From IMG/VR virus record IMGVR_UViG_3300048577_000131, positions 1 through 44,477 of that record: a DNA stretch of 44,477 nucleotides. One strand, 5' to 3'. The DNA comes from a virus (lineage: Duplodnaviria; Caudoviricetes). Each line of letters opens with the position of its first letter. Positions within the stretch are counted from its first letter, which is position 1. The notes under the pieces were generated by a model. That model did no database searches. It was given only the letters and a program-made list of their open reading frames with translations, and was not told where the DNA came from. This document shows, in pieces, positions 16,551-25,783 of this stretch. Position numbers and translations under genes: made by a program.

Positions 16551-17332
16551 TACTGCGCCTCGCTGATGTTCGAAGTCGACCGGGAGCCACTGCCGTAGCG
16601 CTCCTTCACGGATGAAGGAACAGGGGTCGTCGGGGTGCCCGTCTCCTGGTCGACGGTGTAGGGGTTCCGGTTGCTGACGTCCTCGATGACCGTCTCGCCA
16701 GGATTGGTGGGCCACGTCGGCTCCACCGTCCCAGAGCGCGGGCTATCGCCCACCGTCTCGGTGACCGCGTACCGGTAGCCGTTGTCCACGACGGGCACGA
16801 CGACATCGCCCAAGGCGCGGCCGACGTTGGGCGCCCAGGGCGTGTACCCCGCGCGGTCCGACTCAACGCGGTACGCCATCCCATTGCCCTCCGTGGGGCG
16901 AACGAGCGTTCCCGGGAGGTAGATGTGGTTCGGCTGCCAGACCTCCCCCTTCTCCAGCCAGTAGTGGCGGATGAGGCCATCGGCAAACTCGGCCACGACG
17001 TACAGGTAGCCGAGGAACGGCAGCGCGAAGTGGATTTCCTTGATGGCGGTCGCCGGTGCCGTGGGGTGCCGGATCACCTCCACCTCGACGCGCGAGGTGC
17101 CCGAGTCGACCACCAGATGCGAGAACACGACGAACTTGCCCTGGAACCAGACAAGGCCCTTCGTCCCTGGCGGGAGCACCACTTCGATGCGCGTGCCAGG
17201 CCGGCACTTGATGGTCCGCGCCGCGGTGACGTACCCGTTCAACAGGTCGTACAGAGAATCGGGCGAGGCCCCGCCCTTGTCGCGCAGGCGGGTAATGCCG
17301 GCCTTTACTGCGGAGAGGTTCTGTTGGCGCAT
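16550..17332 (-). CDS. Tail nozzle/stabilisation protein, N-terminal piece with W-x-P repeats
   Basis: GGASPDSLYDLLNGYV...KCRPGT; PFLGYLYVVAEF; WQPN..Y and GTVEPTWP repeats. Confidence 0.7.
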   Translation of the reverse strand: MRQQNLSAVKAGITRLRDKGGASPDSLYDLLNGYVTAARTIKCRPGTRIEVVLPPGTKGLVWFQGKFVVFSHLVVDSGTSRVEVEVIRHPTAPATAIKEIHFALPFLGYLYVVAEFADGLIRHYWLEKGEVWQPNHIYLPGTLVRPTEGNGMAYRVESDRAGYTPWAPNVGRALGDVVVPVVDNGYRYAVTETVGDSPRSGTVEPTWPTNPGETVIEDVSNRNPYTVDQETGTPTTPVPSSVKERYGSGSRSTSNISEAQ

Positions 17333-17335
17333 GGG

Positions 17336-18070
17336 TCAGGACTCCGGCCAGTCGCCAGCGGAGGCAGGCCGCACTGCCGGCGGAGGCACGCACGCGCCGG
17401 GCACGTAGCGCCGCGTCTGATGGGACTCCGCCACGCGACTGCGAACATAGGCCGTTGCCTGGGCCGCGTAGTTGCCGGCGTCGGGCTGGCTGTAGTGGGC
17501 CTTCGCGTTGGCCAACGCCTGCAGAAAAACAGCCTCCGGGTCCACCGTCAGCACATCGGCGCCCATGGCGAGCTCAGCTGGCCCGAATGCCCCCTTGATG
17601 CGCAGCTTCCATGCAGCATCGGCCGGTGCCGGCCACAGCTCGATGCACTGGCGAATCTCGTAGTGCGTCGGCAGGCCCTGCACGTCCGCCGTGTAGAGCG
17701 TCGGATCGATCCCGCACACCAGCGGGCGCCAGCTGCCGTCACCTTCGGAGATCCCGACCCAGTGGACCTTGCCTGGGTCCAGCACCTTGTCGCAGGCATC
17801 GCTATTGCCGTCCAGGTCATAGAACCGCTGGCCGGCGATCAGGTCCCAGGTGAAGAACCGCTCCTGCCGCATCACGGCGTAGCGCCGGTACAGGAGCTCG
17901 TGGGCGCTGCGCACGAAGTCGTCCAGCAGATCGGCCATCCCCGGCGGCAGCACGCCCATGGCCACCTGAGTAGCGAAGCCCAGGCGCCGGGCGATGCGCA
18001 GCCGCATTTCCTCCAGCGTCACCGTGGGCTGGCCGTCGTCGCACTCGCAGTTGTAGGTCATAGCTGCCAT
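17336..18070 (-). CDS. Head-tail adaptor (tail tubular protein A-like)
   Basis: RBS GAAGGAG; TLEEMRLRIARRLGF, GLPTHYEI...IELWPAP; position after head genes. Confidence 0.7.
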   Translation of the reverse strand: MAAMTYNCECDDGQPTVTLEEMRLRIARRLGFATQVAMGVLPPGMADLLDDFVRSAHELLYRRYAVMRQERFFTWDLIAGQRFYDLDGNSDACDKVLDPGKVHWVGISEGDGSWRPLVCGIDPTLYTADVQGLPTHYEIRQCIELWPAPADAAWKLRIKGAFGPAELAMGADVLTVDPEAVFLQALANAKAHYSQPDAGNYAAQATAYVRSRVAESHQTRRYVPGACVPPPAVRPASAGDWPES

Positions 18071-18085
18071 CGCCTCTCCTTCACG

Positions 18086-18118
18086 AAAAAGGCCGGCCGG
18101 AGTCACCCCCGACCGGCC
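18086..18118 (-). terminator. Intrinsic terminator between head and tail genes
   Basis: GGCCGGTCGG...CCGGCCGGCC stem followed by TTTTT on minus strand. Confidence 0.65.
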
Positions 18119-18144
18119 GCCGTCACCGCCGCCAGCGGGTCGGG

Positions 18145-18729
18145 TTACTGCTTGCGGGACTCGCTCTCGTCATCGATCGCGGCCAGCAGATCTTCACGGC
18201 CCTGCCCTTCGGCTTCCGCCGCCTCGATGGCAACCAGGTCCGCATCGCTCAGGTCCTTCAGCTTCTCGGTGATGGAGGCCACATCGCCGGCCAGCAGCTC
18301 GGTGAAGTCAGTGGCCACCGCCGCATCCTTGCCAGCCTTCGCCGCGGCCTTGGCAGCGTTCTTCTCCGCCCTCTTCTCGGCAGCGGTCTTGGCCGGTGCA
18401 GTGGTCGTGGTCTTCGCCGCGGCCTTGGCAGTCGACGGCTGGCGGCTGTCGATGAACTTCTCCAGGTCCCGCTGACGGTTGAAGTAGCGGGCGCGGGCCG
18501 CGTCGGAGTCGGCATTGCCGCCGTACTTCTTGACCAGGCCGGCGAATGCAGCGCCGACGTCGAAGTCTTCGACCTGCATGTCCTTGGACTCCAGCTCGGT
18601 TACCAGTTCCTCGCCGTAGATCTCTTCGAGGATGGGCTGTTCGAACTCCGGCACGGTGGTCGGGAGCTTGGTGCTGGCGTCACGGTCGATCAGGAGCGTG
18701 ACGAAGGTGAGGATGATGGACTTGGCCAT
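18145..18729 (-). CDS. Head-module protein with A/K-rich linker and small helical C-domain
   Basis: TAATG coupling; L.AIEAAE..G..R..LL.AI C-terminal motif. Confidence 0.7.
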   Translation of the reverse strand: MAKSIILTFVTLLIDRDASTKLPTTVPEFEQPILEEIYGEELVTELESKDMQVEDFDVGAAFAGLVKKYGGNADSDAARARYFNRQRDLEKFIDSRQPSTAKAAAKTTTTAPAKTAAEKRAEKNAAKAAAKAGKDAAVATDFTELLAGDVASITEKLKDLSDADLVAIEAAEAEGQGREDLLAAIDDESESRKQ

Positions 18730-19037
18730 TACTGCACGCCCTCCAGGGTGATGGGGCCCGTGGCAGCGGCACCCAGCTTGACGAACTTCGGCAGGTCGGC
18801 GATCTCGACCACCGGACCCTGCGTCGCGGTCGCGCTCAGCAGCGTGACCCAGCCCGCGTCGCCGCTGGTCGGGGTGGCACCACTGGCCAGACCGGGGTGG
18901 CCCTGCAGCAGCACGCCGCTGGTGACCGAGGCGTTGCCGCCAAGATGGGCCAGCCCTTCGCGCCCCTCCCCGCCCAGCAGCGGGGTCTTCTTCAGGGCAA
19001 CGATGTTCGTGCCCTGTACGGTGATGGTGTTCGGCAT
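18729..19037 (-). CDS. Putative capsid decoration protein
   Basis: 102 aa beta-rich protein directly after capsid; RBS AGGAG. Confidence 0.6.
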   Translation of the reverse strand: MPNTITVQGTNIVALKKTPLLGGEGREGLAHLGGNASVTSGVLLQGHPGLASGATPTSGDAGWVTLLSATATQGPVVEIADLPKFVKLGAAATGPITLEGVQ

Positions 19038-19086
19038 TTCTTTCTCCTGGCCGGCGAGGAATGCCCCGCCGGCACGTTGGGGGTAA

Positions 19087-20148
19087 TCAGGCGATGCTGA
19101 AAACCGCGTTCGAGTTGCGCTTGCGGCAGGTCAGGCCGTAGTCCGCGGTCAGGCCGAAGTAGTACGTGTAGCGGTCGTACACGCGCGGCGGGGTGCGGCG
19201 GATCATCCAGCGGCCCTTGACCGGGCGCAGGCGCAGGGCCTTGCTGTTGAGGAAGTAGCCGCGCTTCTTCCACGGGTAGGTGATCGCACCCAGCTCTTCG
19301 TCCAAGGCATCGAAGGTCGGATCCCACACCACCGGCACGCCCTTGAAGGCCAGCGCCTTGGTGCTCGGGTCCAGCGTCACGCCGCCGGTCGACGCCTGGC
19401 CCAGGTTGATCTGGCGCCCCATGACCTTCAGCGCGTCGGCCTGGATGGCGTCGTACATCGCCGAGCCCACGACGATGAAGTCGGGGTTGCCCAACTTGCC
19501 GTAGGTGATCGTCTGGCGCCACAGGGTTTCCAGCGTCGAGATCAGGTTGCCGGCCGTAGCCGTGCTGATCCCCATCTGCGCCCAGTTGCGCCACCACGGG
19601 GTGGTCGACGCATCGATGCCACCGATGACACCCGCGTTCGGGGTGGTGCTGACCAGCGCGTCCAGGCCCGGTACAGCCTTCGGGTTCGCCGAGCCGTCGA
19701 GGTGGACCTCGCGGTCCCAGTTCTCCTGGAAGCCATCCTTCAGCGTGGTCCAGCCTTCCTGCAGCTTGTCCACGATCTGGATCTTCTCGGCATCGGTCAT
19801 CTGCGCCGACTTGTCGGCGGTCAGGATGATGCCGTTGTTGGCCAGCTCGGTCTCGTTGAGGCTGAAGCCGTCGTGGGCCTCGTAGTGCTGGAACGGCGCC
19901 AGGCGTACGGTGTCCTTCCGGTTGAACGTGACCTGGTCGTCGCCGGAGTAGTTCTGGTAGTTGCTGTCGTTGGTGAAGCGCACCTTCTCGTTAAAGATGC
20001 CGTTACCGAAGACCGTCTCGGTCTTCTTCTCGATCAGCCACTTGGCCAGCGGACGTTCGCTGGTGAACTGGTCGATCGGGTCGTCAGTCGCATAGGACTG
20101 CATCTGGTAGTTGGCGCCGGACGCCAACTGGGCGGGAGTCAAAGGCAT
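19087..20148 (-). CDS. Major capsid protein
   Basis: 353 aa after scaffold; GLDALV, GGID...WWRN, FKGVPVVWDP; RBS GAGG. Confidence 0.88.
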   Translation of the reverse strand: MPLTPAQLASGANYQMQSYATDDPIDQFTSERPLAKWLIEKKTETVFGNGIFNEKVRFTNDSNYQNYSGDDQVTFNRKDTVRLAPFQHYEAHDGFSLNETELANNGIILTADKSAQMTDAEKIQIVDKLQEGWTTLKDGFQENWDREVHLDGSANPKAVPGLDALVSTTPNAGVIGGIDASTTPWWRNWAQMGISTATAGNLISTLETLWRQTITYGKLGNPDFIVVGSAMYDAIQADALKVMGRQINLGQASTGGVTLDPSTKALAFKGVPVVWDPTFDALDEELGAITYPWKKRGYFLNSKALRLRPVKGRWMIRRTPPRVYDRYTYYFGLTADYGLTCRKRNSNAVFSIA

Positions 20149-20286
20149 ATCGCACCTCGGAGGGAAAGAGGAAGCCCGAATGGGCGTGGTCTCTCGCGTT
20201 CCGAGGGCGCGACTCTCGTTTCAGCGCTACCGGCGGCGAACCCGGCTTACGTCACTCGCGATGCCGGCGTTGGCCGGCTGGATCGC

Positions 20287-20317
20287 AATATGCGCCAGCC
20301 GGCATGCCAGTCAACGG
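20287..20317 (-). promoter_or_regulatory. Putative late promoter (capsid)
   Basis: CCG-TTGACT-N16-CATATT followed by about 130 nt structured leader. Confidence 0.6.
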
Positions 20318-20319
20318 GG

Positions 20320-20760
20320 TTATGCAACGTTCGTGTTGAGGCCGGGATTGTCGGGGCGCTGGGTGCCGGCGACATCCGCGCGCGCATCGGCTTCGCTCAA
20401 CGCCGGTAGGCCCGGCTTGCTGCGCTCGTCCCTGTAGAGCTTTTCACGCAGCTGGAACCCGAGAATCTGCCGCACCTTGGCGAGGGCATCTGCTCGTGCG
20501 AAATGGCGTCCGAGAGTCACGTCAGCCTCGCTGGTGTGCAGGTGCACGGCCTGCCCAGTGACGATGAAGCCATTGCGCAGGCGGACGATGCAGAACGTGA
20601 AACGTGCGAAGTCCGGATCAATCTCCGGTTGCACGCCCGCCCCCTGATACGAACCCGCCACACCATCCCGCGCGGTGAAGTACTCGATGTCGATCACCTG
20701 GGCCTCGACCTCATCGGTCGTCACGCCCAAGCTGCAGCGGACTGCCTTCTGCTCGTTCAT
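20320..20760 (-). CDS. Gp49-family protein (N4 gp49/Sf6 gene 66-like), divergent
   Basis: EYFTA.DG, TFCIVRLRNGFIVTG, G...AR..A..K....LGFQLREKL; RBS GGAG; ATG 20760. Confidence 0.75.
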   Translation of the reverse strand: MNEQKAVRCSLGVTTDEVEAQVIDIEYFTARDGVAGSYQGAGVQPEIDPDFARFTFCIVRLRNGFIVTGQAVHLHTSEADVTLGRHFARADALAKVRQILGFQLREKLYRDERSKPGLPALSEADARADVAGTQRPDNPGLNTNVA

Positions 20761-20819
20761 TTTCTGCTCCAGTCGTTGAGCGCCCGCCAGATGGCGAGCG
20801 CGAGGGGATGGCGGCGCAT
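20757..20819 (-). CDS. 20-aa micro-ORF MRRHPLALAIWRALNDWSRK
   Basis: TGATG overlap with scaffold stop and ATGA overlap with Gp49 start. Confidence 0.45.
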   Translation of the reverse strand: MRRHPLALAIWRALNDWSRK

Positions 20820-21967
20820 CAGCGGCCCTGCGTCTTGGCCAGCTGCACCCCGAAGTCGAAGGCGTTCTCCTTCGTCGGGGCCTTGCTGAGGTCCACGCCA
20901 GTGGCGCGGGCCGGGTTGTTGGGCGCCGCTGCCGGCTGGCGCTGCACGGGAGGTGCCACCGGAGCGGGTGCGGCCAGGTAGGCCTTCTGGATCGCCGCGG
21001 CCCACTGCTGGGGCGGCAGGCTGTCCTGGATGACCGCCACCATCGGCTGGATGGCCTTGAACTTGGCGTCGAAGTGCTGCGGGTCGGCGGCACGCAACTG
21101 GGCGCCCAGCGCCTGCACGTCCTGCATCGCCTGCTCCTGCGCCTGGGTGGCGGCCTGCGACTGCTCCATGGCCTGCCGCTGGCGCTGCTGGCTGTCCTGC
21201 TGCAGGGCCGAAGCGCGACGGGTGCGGATCAGTTCCTCCGCGGCCGCCTTGGTCATGTCGCCGTCGGCCACCTGCTTGGCCAGCTCGGGATACTCGGCCA
21301 GCGGGTCGTATCCCGGCGCCGGCCGGCCCAGCTCCTTGGCCAGCCAGGCCATTTCCTGCTGCATGAAGTCGTAGGCCTGCGCCATCGCCGCCGGGTCGCG
21401 CGAGTTGATGGCGGCCAGGTAGTTCAGCGCGTTGCCCATCTGCTGCGGATCTGCGCCGGTGGACTTGATCGTTTCCTCCCACTGCCGGCCGCGCTCGGCG
21501 TCCGGTCGCAGGGTCTCGGCCTCGGCAGCGCGCTCGCTCAGTTCGCGGAAGCGCTTCTGGGTACGCTCGTTGGAAATGCCCAGATCCTTGATCTCGGCGT
21601 CGATGGCATCGGGCTGGTTCGCAGCCTCCGCAGCGGCAGCGGCAGCCGCCGGGTCCGGCTCTCCACCTTCGCCGCCCTCGCCGCCCGGTGCACCAGCACC
21701 GCCTGCGGCAGCGGCAGCGGCAGCACCTGCATCAGCGGCGGCCGCGGCATCTGCAGCAGCCCCATCGACGGCGGCAGCCGGCGCGCCACCGTCCTCCAGC
21801 ACTTCCTGCTCGCGGGCCTTCTCCACGCCCTGGCTGAAGGCGTCCAGCGCCTCGGTGTTGGGGTTGCCGTCGTTGCTGGCGACGGTCGCCGCGGCCTGGG
21901 CGGCAGCGGCTGCAGCGCCGTCATCCTCGATGGCGGTGGTGTCGGGTTCGTTCTGGTCAATTCGCAC
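20819..21967 (-). CDS. Scaffold protein
   Basis: GTG 21967 with RBS GAGGA; acidic Ala-rich N-terminus, ERTQKRFREL, coiled coil; between portal and capsid. Confidence 0.78.
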   Translation of the reverse strand: MRIDQNEPDTTAIEDDGAAAAAAQAAATVASNDGNPNTEALDAFSQGVEKAREQEVLEDGGAPAAAVDGAAADAAAAADAGAAAAAAAGGAGAPGGEGGEGGEPDPAAAAAAAEAANQPDAIDAEIKDLGISNERTQKRFRELSERAAEAETLRPDAERGRQWEETIKSTGADPQQMGNALNYLAAINSRDPAAMAQAYDFMQQEMAWLAKELGRPAPGYDPLAEYPELAKQVADGDMTKAAAEELIRTRRASALQQDSQQRQRQAMEQSQAATQAQEQAMQDVQALGAQLRAADPQHFDAKFKAIQPMVAVIQDSLPPQQWAAAIQKAYLAAPAPVAPPVQRQPAAAPNNPARATGVDLSKAPTKENAFDFGVQLAKTQGR

Positions 21968-21996
21968 GTGTGTGTCCTCGCTGGCGGCGTGTGGGG

Positions 21997-24030
21997 TCAA
22001 ACAGGGGTGATTGCCGGCGGCGTCATCGCAGCCGGGTCGAGCATTGCGGGATCGATGGGCGGCTCACCGCCGGCGGCACCGGCAGCCATCGCCGGGTCAA
22101 TGGCGGCACCACCCATCGGATCGAGCGCAGGGTCAACCGGTGCCGGCGCCTGCGGAATGAAGCTGTACGGGTCGATGCTGGTATCGCCGGCGCGCTTCAC
22201 CGTCTCCACGGCCAGCTGCTCGAGGCAGTTGGCGATGTCCAGTGGCGACGAGCCGCGCATCTGACCGATCTGGATGGCGGACTGCTGAAGCTGCGGCAGC
22301 AGGATCGACCACTGCTGCTGGCGCAGGGCCGTGGCAGGCTTCCCGGACGACCCCGCCCGGATGTCCACCTGCACCACCATGTCCAGCATCTCCGGCTCGG
22401 GGACGTTGAACCACAGCGCATCGGCGCCGGCCCAGTTCGCCGCCTCGTCCTGCGTCAGCCCGTTGGGCGAAACCGCCAGCTCGGCGGTGTAGACGGCCAA
22501 CTCGGAGAGCATCTCGTCCAGGCTGTCGCGGGCGTAGCCGATGCGAGACTCCGTGCCCTGCTGCTGGATGTCGGCCTCGGTCGCGGTCTTGGCGGTCTGG
22601 ATGCTGGAGGACAGCGCCTCCTGCACACCCCAGATCATCTCCAGCTCCGCGCGGATCTGCTGGGTGTCGTACAGCGCCGGGTCGATCTGGTTGTAGCTGA
22701 TCGGGAACACCACCTGGTCCGGCCGCTGGCCCTGCAGGTCCAGCCCCACCATCTCGCTCACCACTGCGCCTTCGAGCTTCTTGGCGTCGTGCGGGTCCAG
22801 GGCTCCACGATCGAAGCCGGTTTTCGGGATCGCGCGGCTGCGGTGGGTCCGGTAGTTGGTACGCGTGCGGTTGTACTCGTCCAGCAGCGAGCGCGAGCGA
22901 TCGACCAGGGACTGTGGGTGGCGCGCGCCGTCGTTCCAGATCACGGCCCAGCTGAAGAACGGGTAGAAGCGCGTCGTCCGCTGCTCGGGCTTGAACGGCT
23001 CGCGCAGGTAGCGCGGGCAGCCCTCGGCCAGGGTGATGACGTGCCCCGTCTCCTTGTTCCACACCTCCCACACGCAGACGCAGGCCTTGCTCGTGTCAGT
23101 GGCACCGGCCGGACCCTTGGAGAAGGCGTCCGCCTGCTCGCCCCTGGCCGCGCCGCCGAAGCCCGCACCGTCTGTGGCCTTGCCCGGAATGCGGAAGTAG
23201 GCCGTTGCCGATCCCAGCACGTCGGCGGCATCGGGATACGTTGCCTTGGCCTTGTCCATCGGCATGAACAGCCGCTGCGCGATCCACGGGCTATCCACGT
23301 ACTGCTGCAGGCACGCGCACTCCGGCGCCTCCTGGATGTCCTCAGCCCGCACGAAGTCGATGCACAGGGCGTTGAAGATGATGCGCTCTGCCTCGTCCTC
23401 GGCCTGCTGCAGGCGCTGCTCGAGTTCTGCGCGCTGCGCGGAGTAATCACCCACCATGCCTTCGGCTAGGGCGCTCTGGAGCTGGCCGATGGCCGCCAGG
23501 CTGGAGCGCAGGCCGGCAATCTCCTGCTGCAGGGCCGGGTTGCTGCCCGTCTCCCGATGCCACGCAGCCTTGAGCCAGCCGATGCCAACGCTCAGGCCGG
23601 AGCGCACCAGCGGGTCGGCCGCGGCCTTCAGCTTGCCCTTCTTCCAGAGCCTGCCGACGACGATCTCCAGCGTGGTGGCGAAGGCCTTGGCCTCCTGCTT
23701 GATGCGCGGGGAGACGGCCTCGGCCAGCTCCACGCTGACCTCAGGGTCACGGGCGTACAGGAACGTAGTCAGGATGCCGACGTAGGTGCCGGCGATCGGC
23801 ACGCGCACGTCGTACACGTCGGTGTTGGCCTGCTCCTGGCAGTAGGTGCGGTCCTTGGCGTAGCCCTCCCGGGCTCCCTTGTCGAACTCGCGTGCTTCCT
23901 CGATCCGCTTCAGCCAATCCTTGACCGCGCCCTCTTCCTCCAGCGTTGCAGCAGCCTGGCGCTCGGCTTCCGCCTGCTCCATCTCGTCTGCTTCGATCGC
24001 CTGGGCCAGCTGGTCGCCTGGACCGGTCAT
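21997..24030 (-). CDS. Portal protein
   Basis: About 677 aa after terL; LYARDP, AKTATEA.IQQ, DIRAGSSGKP; Pro/Ala C-terminal tail. Confidence 0.88.
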   Translation of the reverse strand: MTGPGDQLAQAIEADEMEQAEAERQAAATLEEEGAVKDWLKRIEEAREFDKGAREGYAKDRTYCQEQANTDVYDVRVPIAGTYVGILTTFLYARDPEVSVELAEAVSPRIKQEAKAFATTLEIVVGRLWKKGKLKAAADPLVRSGLSVGIGWLKAAWHRETGSNPALQQEIAGLRSSLAAIGQLQSALAEGMVGDYSAQRAELEQRLQQAEDEAERIIFNALCIDFVRAEDIQEAPECACLQQYVDSPWIAQRLFMPMDKAKATYPDAADVLGSATAYFRIPGKATDGAGFGGAARGEQADAFSKGPAGATDTSKACVCVWEVWNKETGHVITLAEGCPRYLREPFKPEQRTTRFYPFFSWAVIWNDGARHPQSLVDRSRSLLDEYNRTRTNYRTHRSRAIPKTGFDRGALDPHDAKKLEGAVVSEMVGLDLQGQRPDQVVFPISYNQIDPALYDTQQIRAELEMIWGVQEALSSSIQTAKTATEADIQQQGTESRIGYARDSLDEMLSELAVYTAELAVSPNGLTQDEAANWAGADALWFNVPEPEMLDMVVQVDIRAGSSGKPATALRQQQWSILLPQLQQSAIQIGQMRGSSPLDIANCLEQLAVETVKRAGDTSIDPYSFIPQAPAPVDPALDPMGGAAIDPAMAAGAAGGEPPIDPAMLDPAAMTPPAITPV

Positions 24031-25382
24031 AGCATCTTCCTCTTCCGTTCCATCGCGTCGGCCGCCTCGCCGTTGTGCTCGAGCCATTGGCGGCTATAAG
24101 GCGTGATGACCCGACCCCGTTCAACGGAGGTCGGCGCCCTTGCGCTGGCGATGGCCGGGAACCGGCTGTGGATGAAGTAGCCCAGTGCGTCCGGCGGGTG
24201 ATCGAAGCCGGTGGTCTTGTCCGGCATGCCGTTGGCGTCGTAGGCCTGCTTCTCCAGCGCCTCGGTCAACTTGGGGCAGCCCACCGGGTTCACCCGTAGG
24301 CGGCGCACGCCCCTGGCATTGCAGAGCATCGCGTTGACGCTCACCACGCGGGCGCGGATGCGTGGGTTGGCCGGCGGCACCCGGACGACGAACCCGGCCG
24401 CCCGCAGAAGGCCCAGGTCGGACACGCTGGCGTTGTTGGTGTGCGAGCTCTCCCCGCTGGCGTCGGGGTAGACCGCGATGTGCCGATCGCCGAACCGCTC
24501 GCGCAGCGCCACGATCATGGCCGGGGTGTCCCTGACGCCGGTGAACTCTTCCAGCGCCAGCGGCTGGCCGGCCCGGATCACGCAGACGATGGCCGTCATG
24601 TTCATCACGTTGAAGTCCATGCCCACGTGGAGCCGGTCGTCGTCGTTGATCGTGGCCAGGGTGCCGTTGAGCTTGCGGTCGTAGGCCGCGTACACAGAGC
24701 CGCTGGTCAGGTTCACGAACAGGCCGTTGATGTAGGCCTTCACCAGCTGCGCCGGGTACGTCTCGAACAGGGACTCGATGTAGTCGTCCGGCAGGTTGAT
24801 CTCGTTGTCGTAGGTGCTGGCGTGGACCTTGCCGTACAGCTCGGCCTTGGCCGGCTCCTGCCCCGGGATCTGCTCGAACTGCTCATAGACGAAGTTGAAG
24901 CCCTCGGGCGTCGTCGTCACATCGATACCGTTCTGCAGGCCGGGCGCCTTCACGCGCAGGCGGGCGATGATCTTCCGCCAGGCATCATGTGCCTTCCGCT
25001 TCTTCAGCGTGTCGATCTCATCCACCAGACCGCGGCCGATCTTGAAGCCCACGATGCTGGCCGGGTTGTCCATCGACCGGCAGATGGCCGTGCCGCGGTA
25101 CTGCCGGCCGGCGTACAGGTGCACCTCCTTGTTCGACTGGTTGATCTGCGCTCGCAGCCCCCAGTCGAAGGCCACCTCTTCGATCGTCGGGTAGAAGATG
25201 TCGCGGATCTGCGGGTAGCTGGGCGCGAAGTACCCCGTGGGGATCCGTGGGAACTCCCAGGCATGGCGGCACAGGGAACCGCACCCAACCCAGGTCTTGC
25301 CCGAGCCGAAGCCCCCTACGAACGCCCGGAACTTGTGCGGCAGCTGGAGGAACTCTGCCTGCGGCTGGTTAAGCGTCGGCAC
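24027..25382 (-). CDS. terL: Terminase large subunit
   Basis: Walker A GGFGSGKT, Walker B LVDE, TTTPEG, nuclease GMDFN and DHPPDA; start may be GTG 25382 or 25394. Confidence 0.95.
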   Translation of the reverse strand: MPTLNQPQAEFLQLPHKFRAFVGGFGSGKTWVGCGSLCRHAWEFPRIPTGYFAPSYPQIRDIFYPTIEEVAFDWGLRAQINQSNKEVHLYAGRQYRGTAICRSMDNPASIVGFKIGRGLVDEIDTLKKRKAHDAWRKIIARLRVKAPGLQNGIDVTTTPEGFNFVYEQFEQIPGQEPAKAELYGKVHASTYDNEINLPDDYIESLFETYPAQLVKAYINGLFVNLTSGSVYAAYDRKLNGTLATINDDDRLHVGMDFNVMNMTAIVCVIRAGQPLALEEFTGVRDTPAMIVALRERFGDRHIAVYPDASGESSHTNNASVSDLGLLRAAGFVVRVPPANPRIRARVVSVNAMLCNARGVRRLRVNPVGCPKLTEALEKQAYDANGMPDKTTGFDHPPDALGYFIHSRFPAIASARAPTSVERGRVITPYSRQWLEHNGEAADAMERKRKML

Positions 25383-25779
25383 GCTTGCGCCCACTGACCA
25401 CGTTGACCGTCACGGCAACCGGTGGCGGCAAGTCATCGTCGTCCTTCTCGCCCTCATCCAGGCCGGCCAGCTTTGCCTTGCCCATGGTTGCTTGGACCAT
25501 CGCGGCGCCCTGCTCCCGCTTCTTGGCCACCTGGCGAGCTTCTTCCAGCTCGGCGACCAGGCTGGCAATGGTCACCCCATGTGCGGCCAGTGCCACCCCA
25601 CGGAGCTCATCAAGCCTTGCGGCGATCTTGGGGTTGTCCAGCAGCTCCTTCGCCGAGCGGTTGATGGTCTCGGGCTTGGCCTTCTCGGCGCTGTAGCACT
25701 TCCGGTAGGCCTCGCTGGCGTTGCCGCTCTCCAGGTACCGCTGGCAGAACGCCTCCTGCTTGGGGGTGAGTCCCGTCAT
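25369..25779 (-). CDS. terS: Terminase small subunit
   Basis: LTPKQEAFCQRYL..GNASEAYR..Y, A.ELL.NPKI. Confidence 0.92.
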   Translation of the reverse strand: MTGLTPKQEAFCQRYLESGNASEAYRKCYSAEKAKPETINRSAKELLDNPKIAARLDELRGVALAAHGVTIASLVAELEEARQVAKKREQGAAMVQATMGKAKLAGLDEGEKDDDDLPPPVAVTVNVVSGRKRADA

Positions 25780-25783
25780 GGGC

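Noticed and set aside
14562-18475. 523-aa and 516-aa + strand ORFs
   Set aside because: Antisense shadows of well-supported tail genes.
21620-21920. GCA/GCG-rich repeats
   Set aside because: Poly-Ala low-complexity linker of the scaffold protein, not a repeat array.
24097-24127. Sixth CCG-TTGAAC late-promoter-like site near terL end
   Set aside because: At 16-bp spacing the hexamer is GCCTTA, which does not fit the other five; it is inside coding sequence.
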